Source: Chiloscyllium plagiosum
Taxonomy: Eukaryota
DNA: 64,000 nt
Assembly (NCBI RefSeq): GCF_004010195.1
Contig: NC_057756.1
Span: 2,342,007 to 2,406,006 of the forward strand
Direction of reading: 5' to 3'
Part shown: in pieces, positions 1-13,400 of the stretch
Numbering within the stretch: position 1 is the stretch's first letter
Layout of the letters: the number at the start of each line of letters is the position of its first letter
Notes under the pieces: model-generated
Database searches by the model: none
Seen by the model: the letters and a program-made list of their open reading frames with translations, nothing else
What the model was told of the DNA's origin: nothing
Translations under genes and position numbers: made by a program

Positions 1-184
1 CTGTTTGAATGAGCCGTTAAATTGTCTAACCTGCAGAAAAGAATTAAGAGGAATTGTAGAAGCCACATTTAATGGTTGTTATTGATAGTTGCCTGAACCA
101 GGACCATTCACTTTTGTTGGATACATGATAGTTTGCTGTCTCATTCCATCCACATCACTGTCATTATAACTTAGAATTTGGAAT

Positions 185-1575
185 CGAAATGTGTTGCATG
201 GAAAAGCACAGTAGACCAGGCAATATCAGAGGAGCAGGAGAGTGAACACATCGGGCACAAGCTCCTCAATTGGAATGTGGGTGGGCAGGAAGGGGTCTGA
301 GAGATTAATAGGAAGGTATGGGTTGTGTTGACCAGAAGGTGGCTGGGAGTGTTAGTTAGACTCAGTTCAGGGGCTGTTTGTGATCAGTTGGTAGTGAGGC
401 TGATGCAGATTCGAAGGGAAGCAAGATCAGCAGTTGGGATAGATGAAGTGGATACTAAAGAGTTTGAAAGCTGAATCTGGGATGATCTTCTGGGAGGGCA
501 GTATTGTAATCTCGTGAAAGGGGTTAATGCTGTGTGGTTGAAGAGTCCCAACAGAGAACCTGAGATATTCTTCCTCTAAATAGTGGGGGGCTTGGATTTG
601 GCAGTGGAGGAGGTCCAAACAGCAGACACAAAAGGACATTTGGGGCCTTGCTTGGGTGTGGCGGGGAGGAATGGGCGCAGGTTTTACACCTGTTATGACA
701 GCAGCAGAAGGTGTTGGGTGTGGATAATAGGTTGTTGTGGTCTTTGACCTAACCAATGTAGTGAATGGTCTCCCTGGAATGCATATAGCGGTGGGAGGGA
801 AATATGTCTCTAGTGGTGGAATCTGATTGTAGGTGATGGAAATGGTGGAGGATAATGTGTTTAAACTTCATACTACTGGGGTGGTAATTGAAGACCGTGA
901 GGTTCTATCCTTGTTGCGGTTGGAAAGACGACGTTCACATGCATGGGGGCAGAAAGCCGAGGAGATGCGCTGGAGGGCATTGTTGATCCAGATGAATGGG
1001 GTATTGCTGTCCTGGAAATAGGAGGCCATCTGCGATGTCCCAGAGTGGCACTATTCCTCCAGTGACGAGTTACTACGTAGGCAGAGGAATTGGGAGTAAG
1101 CTTTTGTGTTTTTAATGGCGGGGATCGGAGGAGGTATAGTTTGGATCCAAGGCCTCCCCATTTTAACTCCTCTACCCTGAAGTCCCCTGGCTGATCCAGT
1201 CTGTCCTAATCACCACGGCAACAAAGTCTACTTCTCTAGTTTCTAAATCACCCCATCCTCACCTGATCCCAAAGCCAACCTTCCAACTTAGCAAGCATCT
1301 CTTGAACTGTCTCAACTCTCCAATGTTCTTTGTACCTCTCCACTCTACTCTTCCCACCGACCTATCATAATCAGTCCCACATCATGCAAGTATGACTTTC
1401 CCAGCAGCGTTTCCAAAGCCTCACCCTCCTATTAATCTCTCATCCCCTTCCCCACAACGCCCTATACTCCACATGAAGAGTTTATACATCTCGAAACATC
1501 GACTTGTTGTGCCTTCCCAGTGACAGACTTTTCAACTCTGACTCAACAGCATCTACAGTCTGCACGTTCTCTCAG
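185..1575. mobile_element. Degenerate Penelope-like element (Neptune-type) in inverted arrangement
   Basis: Minus ORF 427-756 contains a GIY-YIG C-terminus-like LLHCQ...LEEEYLRFSVGTLQPHSIN. Terminal pLTR-like sequence occurs at both ends in opposite orientation. Confidence 0.7.
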
Positions 1576-1607
1576 TCGATTTAGAATTCGATTTTCGTTT
1601 AATTTAG

Positions 1608-2000
1608 CCAACATCATCGCTGCTCATTTTATAATCCAGTAATTGATCCTATTTCTTCATTCCAGCATCTGCCATGCATTCGTGAATGAATACTTCCTTA
1701 TCCTCTATCAAGTGCATGTAAGAGATCAGGCTTGATGATTTCCGTTATTTTCACTCATAAAATGGTTCCAGCAAGATTGCAAGCATAGCCCACAATTATT
1801 ATTTACTTGTAACTCAGTTATTCCTGATGGTCAGAATTCTTTGGTCAGAAAGAAAAGGACTGCTAGCAAGTCTCAGAATATGCCTTCTGGAGTTTCATGT
1901 TCAGGTTTGAGAAAGGTCACTGGACCTTTATTTACAATTGCTGGATTTTTTTACCAATCCTGCAATTTCTATTTATTGAAACAAAACCTAATCAAAATAG
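1608..2000 (+). pseudogene. Possible decayed IgV-like exon
   Basis: The phase-1 frame after aatttag reads ...HAFVNEYFLILYQ...LIKWFQQDCKHSPQLLFTC with 3 stops; after a frameshift it reads ...SLDLIYNCWIFLP. W and YxC spacing and the length are V-like. Confidence 0.25.
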
Positions 2001-2625
2001 TTAATTAACTTTATTTTTGGTTTAATATCCGTACATACTGCCCAGTTGCACACCAATTGCATTTAATGCAAAACTGCATGGACTTTCTCTGATAAATGGC
2101 AGTCAATAGATTGCAGAGAGTCTATTGAATTCTTATGTTCATTCTTGTGTTGAAGACACTGCTAAATTAACACTTGATTTCCATCCTTTGTTGCCCGTAA
2201 GTTGTACACAATTGATACGGCATCGTTAATTTTCCTGAAGAATCCGATGGATAAACGTGGACTGGTGTGTAGTATAGATTTGCCTACACAAAAGTAACAG
2301 GTAATGATGTCAAGGTACAACAGTTTAAAAAAAAACATTCAATGCATTTTGAATGGTTTGTGTCAGTGGCTTTGTCTTTTTTTGTTTATTCTTAACAGGA
2401 ATGTCTTAAGCTATCACAAGTGGAATTGCACCCGTGTATTTGTGACAGGAGTCGTTGCCAGTAGATTACTTATATATTAAGATTATGGCACCAAAATTGT
2501 GACAATTAAAAGATGAATTCATTTTATGTTTTAAATAGAAATATCCTGTTCCTTATTAACTATACGACACAGTATAAACATGATAACACTCAAATATTTG
2601 TACTTTTGGATTCATTATTTCAAAG

Positions 2626-2772
2626 CACGTGAGAATAACCATGAAATAGCATCGCAGTCACGGATTTTGGCGTTATCGTTTTCTCATGAAGACTGTCGTT
2701 GGTTTTATCTAGAATGTATCGTGCATTGTGCAATCCTCTTATTTTGTGTCAGTTGTAGTATTACTACAGAAG
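2626..2772 (+). CDS. Candidate symmetric phase-1 exon with a hydrophobic C-terminal half
   Basis: ttcattatttcaaag|CACGT...ACAGAAG|gtaaca: 147 nt, no stop (ARENNHEIA...WFYLECIVHCAILLFCVSCSITTE). Could be chance in AT-rich DNA. Confidence 0.22.
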
Positions 2773-4254
2773 GTAACATCAACAACAAAAACGCCTGATC
2801 ATAGTATTGGAAAAAATACCGATTTGGAATTATTGCAGAACAAATAGAAGGCTGAAAGCAGTTTACAGTGAACTATATAAATAAAGTTTCGGGATAAGCT
2901 TTGCTGCAAGTGACATATATCATCTTAAAGTGCTAATTGCTGCTCATTGTTTCTGCAGTCTTTGAGTTACAGATAATAGAAAACAAAAGGGTATCGCTCA
3001 TGTAATGAGATAAGCATAACATATTGAGCATGTGTCCAGTTTATAAGATGATTCTGTACTGCACCAAAAACATAAAGATGCACTATTTCGAGAGTGGAAC
3101 GAAATAGTTGCATTAGAATGTTAACAGTTCAGGTAACTTCTCCACAGACCACAACAAAAGGAACTTAAGCCAGAGACATGTTCTTTAAAACATCATGTTG
3201 TTCAAGAAACGTATTTGGCTTTTAAAGTAAGGTGTCATCCACAAAATGTGTATCATCTGAATTCATTATTTTTATTTGCTATGAACAAACACTAAATAAG
3301 TTGGAGGAGATGTCAAGTTAGGAAACGTGGTCATCTTTTAGTGCCTTAAATGAAGGAATAATTTAATTAGAATCATTTCAGGAAGATAAGAGGAAGGGCA
3401 GTATTTTCAGACGAAATCAAATTGTGTGCTGCATTTGTTCCTTTTTCTAATCTAAGTTTTTAGCAGATAAAATGCATACCATGCAATGACTCCAGCAGTA
3501 ACTAAATTGTCTACTTAAACTTCTGACTTGCACATGTTCAACAAAGATATGTGGCCATGAGATCAATAACTGGAACTCACTGATTTCCGGTTGTGCCCCA
3601 GAGATCATATTAAATTAATTGAATATGGGGAATTTCACGCAACAAACTGTGACGATATGAAATTAAATTAAGCTATTCTCAACTTCAACGAAATAAATCT
3701 AATCATAAAAATCCATTCATTGTGATTTATTAATAGAAAACATTTTATTGCACAAACTCACACGTGGGTAACAGCATGTCAGTAGGAATTAGAAATATAA
3801 TTTCCTGGAATGAAAGACATGAATATGTGTATTTTGATTTTAAAAAGGCATAAGTATGGTGATGTTTTGTCATAAACTGTCTGCAAACAATACAGAATAA
3901 TGGATAAAGGGAGATATATTGGTTAAGCAAAATGACTTTTGCCCACAAACAGTTTTTTTTTATGTTAAACGTCAGAATTGAATGTAAATTTGTTTAATTA
4001 TGTTTTGGATTTTTTCGTCCTCCTGGTCTTACTTTGAACATCTTACAAAGAAAAAACAAGATAGATGGGCAGAGTTAGTACGTGTTCTTATGTAAACCTC
4101 GCAAAAAATGTGCGTAACTGATTGCTGGTAAAAACTCAAAATGTTGCAGGGAAAGTATTGTCGCCAAATATTCGCCTTTTAATCATCAATGTGCCACATT
4201 ACTTTCCCCTTTAATGCAATATCATGATGTATGCGATCTCTATTTTACTGCAGG

Positions 4255-5826
4255 GATAGAACCGTGACTTTTGAGACTGACACAGATGTGCACACTGATA
4301 AGAGGTGAAGGGAACATGAATAACACTTAGATCTACTAAAGAAGATCACTTTGTTGTGAGCGATGATGAAACTTTTGTACATCCCCGCATCAGAAGCATA
4401 TATAAATCCCAGAAAGAGAAATATACAGTCGGTGTTTCCCAAAAAAAAAACAAAGGAGTTTAATAAATGTCAAACGGTACAACAGTTTTCTTGATCAGTT
4501 GCGGGGTGCGAGTGACTTAGAAATAATAAAACTCAGCGTAAAATCATATAGGTGAGCTCGGAAGGAAGAATATCAAATTGAACATGTGATTGAGTCCAAC
4601 AATGATGGACAGCACAGAAATGCTGAAGAGCAAATTATTTCTAAACGTAGATAGAATGGAACTAATGGAAACCAAAAGATACAAATTGTTGGATGAGGCA
4701 TTCACACGGACTCAAAAACCGCGTCATAGATAATCTTGAAGCAGTGTCACATGTATACTAATATGAAGATAATTACAGGTGTATGTGCTGAATACAAGTG
4801 CGCTATTGGGAGATCCAAATTAATCCCTGAACTGTGAAAAATATGAATGATAAGCATATTCGAAGAGATAAGTTTGTGAACGTTGATATCAAGATAGAAC
4901 ATTGAACACAGAAAAGTACAGCACAGAACAGCCCTTTTGCCCACGATGTTGTGCCGTGGTTTAATACAATGTCAAATATTATAACGTAACCTACACACCA
5001 CTCAACTCACTGCTTTCTATGTATATGTCCAACAGTTGCTTCAATATGCCTAATGACCCTGCTTTCACCATCTCCGCTGGCAATGCATTCACAGCTATCT
5101 GTGTAAAGAACCTACCTCTGACTTCTCCTCTATATCTTTCCCCGAATATCTTAAAAATATGACTCCTCGTACCCGCCAATACTACCCTGGGGAAAAGTCT
5201 CTGGGTATTGAATTTATCTATTCCTCTCATTATCTTTTATATCTCGATCAGGTCTCGTCTCTTCCTCTTTCTCACGAGAGAGAAAAGTCCGAGCTTTATT
5301 AACGATTCTTCATCAGGCAAGAATTTCAGTCCAGGCAGCATTCTGGTAGACATTACTTGCACCCCACCCCCCACGGAGTCCATGTGAACGCCTCATCCAA
5401 CCATTTGTATCTTTTGATTTAAATTAGTTCCATTCTATCTTCGTTTAGAAACAATTTGCTCTTCAGCATTTCTGTGCCGTCCACCATTGTTGGACTAAAT
5501 CACATGTTCAATTTGATATTCTTCCTTCCGAGCTCACCTGTATGCTTTTATGCTGAGTTTTATTATTTCTAAGTGACTCGCACCCTGCAACTGATCAAGA
5601 AAATTATTGTACCGTTTGACATTTATTAAACTCGTTTGTTTTTTTGGAAAACAACGACACTATATTTCTCTTTCTGGGATTAATATGTGATTCTGATTCG
5701 GGATGTACAAAAGTTTCATCATCACTCACAACAAAATGATCCTCTTTAGTAGTTCTGTTATTCATGCTCCTTTTGCCCCTTATCAGTGTGCACATCTGTG
5801 TCAGTCTCAAAAGTCACAGTTCTATC
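4255..5826. repeat. Long inverted repeat: 4255-4713 versus 5376-5826
   Basis: The reverse complement of 5376-5826 matches 4255-4713 end to end with scattered substitutions. Confidence 0.95.
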
Positions 5827-6870
5827 GCTAAAGCCTCTGTATCAGTCCTATAGTAGGTCGACCAGAACCAGACACAATCTTCCAAATGTGGTCTCACCAG
5901 GGACTTGCAGAACTGTGGCAAAACTTCACAGCTCTTAAACGCGATCACCCTGTTAATGAAAGCTTTCTTAATAACCCTATCCACCTGTGTGGCAACATTG
6001 ATCTATGTACTTGCACAACCAGATCCCTCTGTTCCTTCACAGTATCAAAAAATCTGTCTTCAATCCTATATTCAGCATTCGAGTTCGACCTTCCAAAATG
6101 CATCACTTGGCATTTATCCAGTTTGAACTCCATCCGTCAATTCTCAGCCCAGCTCTGCCTCCTGTCTATGTCACGCTGCAGGCTGCAATATACCTCGACA
6201 CATGCAATCTCTGTGTCATCTGCAAATTTACTATCCCACCGCTCAACCTTCTCGTTCATGTCATTTGTAAAAACTGTAAAGAGCAGAGGCCCAAGAACAG
6301 AGCCATGTGGGACCCTACTCAATACTGACCTCGAGGCAGCGTATTTTCTATCTACAACAACTCTCTGCCTTCTGTCAGCTCACGAAGTCTGAATCCAGAT
6401 AGACAAGTACCGCTGTATTGCATACTTCCAGATTTTATGAATGATCCTACCATGGGGAACCTTATCAAATGCCTTCGTGAAGTCCATATACACCATATCC
6501 ACTGCTCGACCTTCGTCGACCTGCCTTGTTACCTCCTCGAAGAACACAATAAGATTTGTAAGGCATGACCTGTCACTCACAAAGCCATGCCGACTGCCTT
6601 TAATCACATTCTGCTTTGCCAAAGTCATAGATCCTGGCCCTCATACTTTTTTCCAAAATTTTGCTGACTATAGACATCAGACTGACTGGTCTGCAATTGC
6701 CAGAGATTTCCTTATTACCTTTCTTGAAAAGTGAAATGACATTCGGCTCCTTCCAATCTCCTGTGGATAGTGAGGAGCCAAAGATCTTTGCCAGTGGCTT
6801 AGCAATCTCTTTTATCACTTTCCGGAGAAGACTAGGATAAATCTGCCCTGGGGACTTATCAATCTTAGGA
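4894..6870 (-). mobile_element. CR1/HER1-type LINE (5'-truncated RT and 3' end), interrupted by an inverted duplication
   Basis: RT fragments SCLTNLIVFFEEVT..VYMDFTKAFDKVPH and VPHGSVLGPLLF..KFADDT; (TTCTATG)-like 3' tail at ~4894. Confidence 0.9.
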
Positions 6871-7302
6871 AAGTAGGAAAAAACGTGCAATAAATCAAAC
6901 TTTTGAGTAAAATCGGAGTTTCACAAAGTTTTATAAATGTGGAAATCTGATGAAACACTAATAAAAAGGAATGCGTAAAATAAAACATATTAAATAGGAT
7001 GTAACAGAAAATCAAAACAGTATTAGTTTATTTAAGTACTGAAAATAAAGAGACCGCCAAACTGAGAATAATTGAGAAATAACAGAAATGACAAAAATGC
7101 TACAGAAATAATGTAAAAGAATCACGACATCACTCAGAAGTTGAACAAATGATTTGCATCAAACGTTTTCAGACTGCCCTGTGTTGTCTATTTGCATTCA
7201 GCACCAAAAGTGCAAAGAGTGTCCAGAAAATATATTGAATACCATAATTGTTGATCCAAGAAGAGACATAGGGTCTCCCATCCCTAATGGACTTCATTCT
7301 TT

Positions 7303-8127
7303 CGGGTGTAGGTTTGCTTGCTGAGCTGTAGGTTCGATATCCAGACGTTTTATTACCTGGCTAAGTAACAGCAGCAGTGGCGACCTCCAAGTGAAGCGAA
7401 GCTGTTGTTTCCTGCTTTCTATTGATATGTTTGTCCAGGATGGGGTTCCTGGGGTTTGTGGTGATGCCATTTCCTGTTCGTTTTCTGAGGGGTTGATAGA
7501 TGGTATCTAGATCTATGTGTTTGTTAATGGCGTTGTGGTTTGAGTGCCAGGCCTCTAGGAATTCTCTGGCATGTCTTTGCTTAGCCTGTCCCAGTAGCTC
7601 CGATGGACAAAGCCAACGTCATCTACAAAGATCCACGTAAGAACTGCTACAAACACTACGTAGCACAAACAGGAAGAAAGCTCGCCACCAGGATACACGA
7701 ACACCAGCTAACCACAAAAAGATACGACCCTCTCTCCCTAGTAACCCTACACACGGATGAAAAAAAACACCATTTCGACTGGGACAAAACATCTATCCTG
7801 GGACAGGCTCAGCAAAGACATGCCAAGAGAATTCTTAGAGGCCTGGCACTCCAACCACAACGCCATAAACCAACACATAGATCGAGTCACCATCTATCAA
7901 CACCTCAGAAAACGAGCAGGAAATGACATCACTACAAACCCCAGGAACCCCATCCAGGACAAACAAAGAAATAGAAAGCAGAAGACAACAGCTTCGCTTC
8001 ACTTGGAGGTCGCCACTGATGATGTTACCGAGCCAGGTAATGAAACGTCTGGATATGAAACCTACAGCTCAGCGAGCAAACCTACACCCGAAATCTATAC
8101 CTGAGCTCAAACCTTCACAAACCTTTC
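7303..8127. mobile_element. Penelope-like 3' fragment (GIY-YIG end plus pLTR) with an inverted 5' copy
   Basis: YVAQTGRKLATRIHEHQL..HHFDWD and REFLEAWHS. 7303-7594 is an inverted copy of the 3' part. 12-bp TSD acttcattcttt at 7291-7302 and 8128-8139. Confidence 0.9.
8013..8052 (+). ncRNA. Minimal hammerhead ribozyme motif in a Penelope pLTR
   Basis: CCA-CTGATGA-TGTTACC(gagcca)GGTAAT-GAAAC-GTC-TGG: intact core, stem II, GUC triplet and CCA/TGG stem I. Confidence 0.75.
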
Positions 8128-8699
8128 ACTTCATTCTTTGTTAGTGATCGAATTGTAACCAAATGTCCAGAAGACACTATGAGTAATCTTAGACGATTTA
8201 ATTTCTAGAAATGATTTAATGTCCGAAAAAATGTTAGTCCCTTAATTCAAAACAAAGAGGAGAGCGAAAGCTAACCAGGAATTGTCGACCATTAACGGCT
8301 ACAGTTGAAAAAATAGTAACCATTTTAAAAAATATAAAGTGCAGAATACTTAGAAATCCCAACTGAATGAAACAGAGCCAGCCTGATTTTATGTTGTGTG
8401 AATCTTTGTTTGCGAGGTTTCTGGATTTTGTTTTCAGGAGACCACAAAGTGCATTGAATGAAAAGGCATGAAAATGATATGTTTGGATCACAAAGGAAAG
8501 CAAACGCCCAATTGATTGTTCCAGCATTTTCCGACACATGATAGGTAACAAACACTCAGTTTTAAGCATGGTAGAAACAAGATAAAGAATATTGTTTGTC
8601 CTCCTGTACCCCAGATTTGTAATACATTTGGCTTTTCGTTTTACAAATATCAACTTTACGTCTTTCATTGCTGCAGGGATATATCTCTTGTTATTCATG

Positions 8700-9510
8700 C
8701 AATGTTCCTGTGTGTGATTTGATTTCTTAGGGAAATATTGGCAAAGGAAAACGATGGGAGGAAATGTCAGGTCTTGCACTTTGACCGAAATACTAGAGGC
8801 ATTTAACAATGTATGTATTGGGAGACAAAGCTTGCAAAAAACTCAAAGAGAGATTTAGAGGTTGTCATGTAAGAAACGCAAACATCAGATATGCAGTTCA
8901 TTATGCGATGGAATATCGAAATTGATCTCAAAGTAAAAGGTATCAAAGGGATAATAGTAGAAAAAGCTATGGAAAGTTTCATTCAGGCTGCACGTAGAAT
9001 GCTGTGGCAGGTTTTGATCCCGTTATCTAAGGAAGGAAATCTTGATATTAGCTGTAATCTATGGAACTTTCAACGAATAATATTTGGATTGTGAAATTTA
9101 ACAGCAGTTTGAGTATGTTGTGCGTGCGCCCAATGGAGTCCATAAAAACATGTGCCATCCTTATTCGGACATAGACGATTTCTGGGATGCTTCATCAGGA
9201 CTATGCAAATGGATTTTTGCCCAGGTGAGGGATTTTTGTCTTAACTGAAATAATCTGACATTCGGACGACGTCAGTGGGTTATATATACATTCTTACTTT
9301 CAGGATAGTGAGTCTACAGAATTCACAACTATGGAATGTAGTTGAAGTATGGTTGAAACGGATATTTAATGGTTTCGCACATCTTCAACTCATTAAGATT
9401 TCAAAATATGAGAGGAGAAGATTGGAGGATTGATAGATCAATAGTGTTTTCATTGAATGTCAGATGCTCAATCAAATGACTACATTTTCCTGTTCTGTTT
9501 CTACTTGTTA
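8700..9510 (+). mobile_element. Old, highly decayed CR1 3' portion
   Basis: Recognisable CR1 ORF2 C-terminal and 3'UTR motifs; many stops; boundaries approximate. Confidence 0.55.
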
Positions 9511-9814
9511 TCGTCTTAATGTGTCGTTAATGTTACATAATGTAAAAACGCAAGATCACTGGTTGAAAAAAAAAATCATTGAAGGCAAAAATAGACGCGA
9601 ACCACTGACGTTAGTTCTTTATTCCCAGCCGTAGACAATCTGATTTATAAACCTTGTCTATTTATTTTTAGGTAAACATGTTCACAAATGTCATGAAATA
9701 GCTCTGGAGCAGATGAGGCATTAATTTGGGCAAAATGGTCCAAAAGTAGGAAAATAACCACTTATCATTTTGTTGTTGTTCTTTTTAAATTTTAATCTAC
9801 TTTTCTAATCACCC

Positions 9815-10480
9815 TGTTCATAGTACCATAGTAATAGTAGAAGGAGTAAGCCATTTGGCCCCTCGATCAGACTCTTCCATTTATTAATATCACGGCTGAA
9901 TTATCCAACATCTTAGCTCCTCCCACGTGCCTTATCACCATAATCCTTAATTCCCCTGCCATTCAAGACCCATCAAACGGTGTATTGTACATATGTAATG
10001 AAGCTGCTTCTATTACCTTCTTGGATAGTGGATTCCAGAGCTTCATTACTTCTTAGGGAAAATAGTTCCTCCGCATCACTGACCTACATTTATGCCCCAT
10101 AATCTTCAGGCTATTACGCTACTACTGATCACATCAACCAGTGGAAAAATAAACACTTGCCCGCCTCTATCGTATTTATCCTTTTCATAATTTTGTTGGT
10201 TTCTACAAGATCCCCTTCCATTCTTCTAAATTCTAGCAAGCTCAGTATCTCACTGTCATCCAGCTCCTTTCCTACTCTAACCTAAGTGCTACTATCTTCC
10301 TGTAACTCCTCTCTATCACGCTCCAACTCCCAAATGATCCTAAGTCACCCTGCTCTAATTCCGCAATGCAGTTTGTATGGAGCTGCATCTATGCGCTCTT
10401 GTCGCAGGAAAAGTCAGTCGGGACACTAGTAGCGACTTTGACCTCCAACATTCGGCAAAGGAACATGAAACAGCTCTATC
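9815..10480 (-). mobile_element. Decayed CR1 fragments (3' end, plus an ORF1 zinc-finger-like piece)
   Basis: 3'UTR motif (catag..aggagtaagccatttggcccctcga) and ORF1-like sequence near 10380-10470; boundaries approximate. Confidence 0.5.
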
Positions 10481-13400
10481 CTTCATTGTGACTACTCAAA
10501 AAAAGAGAAAATAAAAACCTGAATGAGCCTTGCTGCAGCTCCTTCTCACACAAGTCTCTCAACTCAATGCCTCATCAATTCTCCTGACATGGCACAATCG
10601 ATTTGCCCGGTTGCACGGAGAAGAAAATTCTTTCCTAGCCAACCCGAAATGTCCTTTTTTTGGTTCGAGGCGGAGTGGGGGAGGAAGTCTTTACCACCAC
10701 CTGACAGTAGCCCCTTTGCGATGCTCAGACCAGTCGTGGTGACTACAGTGCTGTCTGCCATAATGCCGTTCAGCAACATCTTTGCAATGCTCTTATTCGA
10801 TTCGATGAGGCAGGGGATCCTGCAGAGTTTCCATGTCGAGTGATTATGACTCTGTTCCTCTCACCCAGAGCTCTACTGTGATGGATCTCATCCGCTATCT
10901 GATTCGAACCAGAGATAGATCTGAAATGTAATTACACAGTCTGGAGCAATTGGACGGTGTCTGGGCCTCCATATCCTGGGATCGAGTCACTGGCACTGTC
11001 CCATAATTGGGAACTTTTGATCTGTTTTATTTGTTTCTCAATTTAAAATCTTTTTACAATCAACTGTGTGAGAATGTAAGGACGTATTACTAAAAATAGT
11101 TGAATAACAGCCATTACATGAAGATTTGCCAAATCATGTATAAGAAAATTGAATTTGTATATGGAGGGAAAATAGACATCAAATTCTTCCAGAATGTCAA
11201 GCTATGTAAAATGTTGTAAAACAGAAATAAAAATGGTCTCACTTAAAAGGAAATTACGTTATTGACAACCCAGAAAATATATAATGGATTGCAAGATAAT
11301 AATAACATGTAGACGATCACGAAATGTACTTTGTGCTGAGGAAGTGGAACTATTTATCTGAACAAACCCATTCCGCTTCTGCTGTATACAAGATAATTAG
11401 ACCAAAAATAGCGTGTCTTTAAGATCGCTTCAAACAATTATCGTTGATTTTTTTTGTGATTGTAGAAACAGAATAGTAAAAAAGTGAAAAAACTGAATTA
11501 ATTATCAAAGAAGTAACACGTGAAAAGAAAACGAATGAGTGAATGAGCATAGAATTTCCATTTATATGTGTTAACTCCAGTGACAATGATCTGAAAATAT
11601 TTAGATGGTGTCTATTGAAAAATTAGAGCATTGGCTGTCATCCTATGTAATCCTACGTATGTCCTATCCAAAGCAGTACTAACTGCAAACATGCTTTTTT
11701 AAATAGGTTGTTGACAGAAAACAGAAAATGAGCATCTTCTTATTTTGAAATCAATGCTTTGCAAAAGTTTTATTATTAGAATGCCAGATAACTAAAATAA
11801 TGCTTTAGATGGAAGTCAATATAGAAGGCATTCTAGTCCAAAGGAATAAAAGCAGTGTTGAAGATGGTTAATGCTACGTTGCATATTTATAAATGAGTGA
11901 AAAATCTACAAATAAATAAATTACATTTTCAGAATGCATTCGTTGATATGCGAATCAGAAGGTCAATAAACAATAAGCCCCTACAACCAATTACATAAAA
12001 TGTACTACACAGATTGTTAGTTTGCAAGCAGAAAGCATAAATAAACGTGTCATTGTAAAATGGAACATCATTTGTATTCGAAAACAAAAATAAACCATTA
12101 TCAGAGGGCATCTGTTCACAATGAAAGTACATTCTTTGCGAGTGAGAAACATACGTTGTAATGGCAAATTTGCTGGATGATTCTTTTTAAAAAAACATAT
12201 CATGGTTTGAAATGTGCGTTGATAGGATGCAAGGAAGGCTGCTGCATTCACCAAATAGGTGCGCCATTTTAAACTTGATTTAATAATCCATAAATTTCGA
12301 ACTTCTGAACAGTTGACTAAAAATGTTGTTATCGAAAACCAAATGCATTTCCATGATTATGTCTGACTCAAATATAATTGAAACAATGGAAAATATGATT
12401 CGGCATCACACGTTTAGTTTCTATAAAAATGGAAATACCTCATCCCAATTTTGCATGGCTTTTGTCACATTCTCACGTGAATTATTTTGCAAAACCTATT
12501 ATTTTTTTGTGAAAGAAGGTTTACTTAGGAATATTTAAATAATGTTGATGAAGGGAATGCTTGTTCAGAAGTTGTTGATTCAAAAGTCGACATCATTGTG
12601 TTGGACTCCACTTACTGAAGTTGTGAAAAACGAATGTTGATCTCCCATAAACGTGCATGGTTGATACAAATCTGATAAGTATGCGTGCATCGACAAGTGC
12701 TGCAATGTTTGATTGAAGGTCCAGTGGATTGCCTTGGAATGAAAGGGACATAGGATTTCATGGTAATGTCTTACCACGTTGCACACGAGTTAAAAAAAAA
12801 CGAATGTTTTGTTTTTCAATCAGAATTTGAATAATCTATTTATTCTTTTTTTCCTAGAGCTGAACTTGTGGATTTTATTTCGTTAGCATGCTTAATAGAT
12901 AAATTATCATATGAATTAATATGAAAAACAAAAGTAAAAATATGGGAATGACGACGAATGCTGCAGAGGCACATAGTTAATCTTGTACAGTTTCAATGGT
13001 GGAGGGAAAAAGTAGAATTCTGAAGTTATATAAATATTTCTAATTTTCTGCATTTAATATCACCGAACCATGAACACGCAGTCGACTTCCCTTTCAACAT
13101 TGTGCATATGAAAGTTAGTTCAGAGTCTAATGATACTATTTGAAGGTTTCAGGATAATTCTTAGACTCATAAATTTAACATATTGCAATCGTACCGCGTT
13201 TCATCTTGGTTTAGTGCTGATCCGCTGTGTCAATAAACTAATCTTGTTGAGCCTGAAGTGAGGAAATACACAGTTTACAAAGGATTTTTTTTTATACATT
13301 CACTGCTGTGTCAGGATTTAAACCAGTCACAAAAACTCACAATGTTGTGCAAAAAAAAAACAGAGGAAAATGTCTCATTAACAACTGCATTTTTCTTAGG

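Noticed and set aside
2399..2419. 21-nt AG..GT interval after a strong pyrimidine tract
   Set aside because: Stop in phase 1, poor donor (gtggaa), no similarity to the other exons.
7200..8459. A-like heptad remnants (HQKCKE at ~7202, ETTKCIE at ~8438)
   Set aside because: Wrong length or missing splice sites and no properly spaced B partner; cannot be told apart from chance.
8234..8809. 191-aa minus-strand ORF
   Set aside because: No recognisable domain; composition typical of chance ORFs in AT-rich DNA; overlaps decayed CR1.
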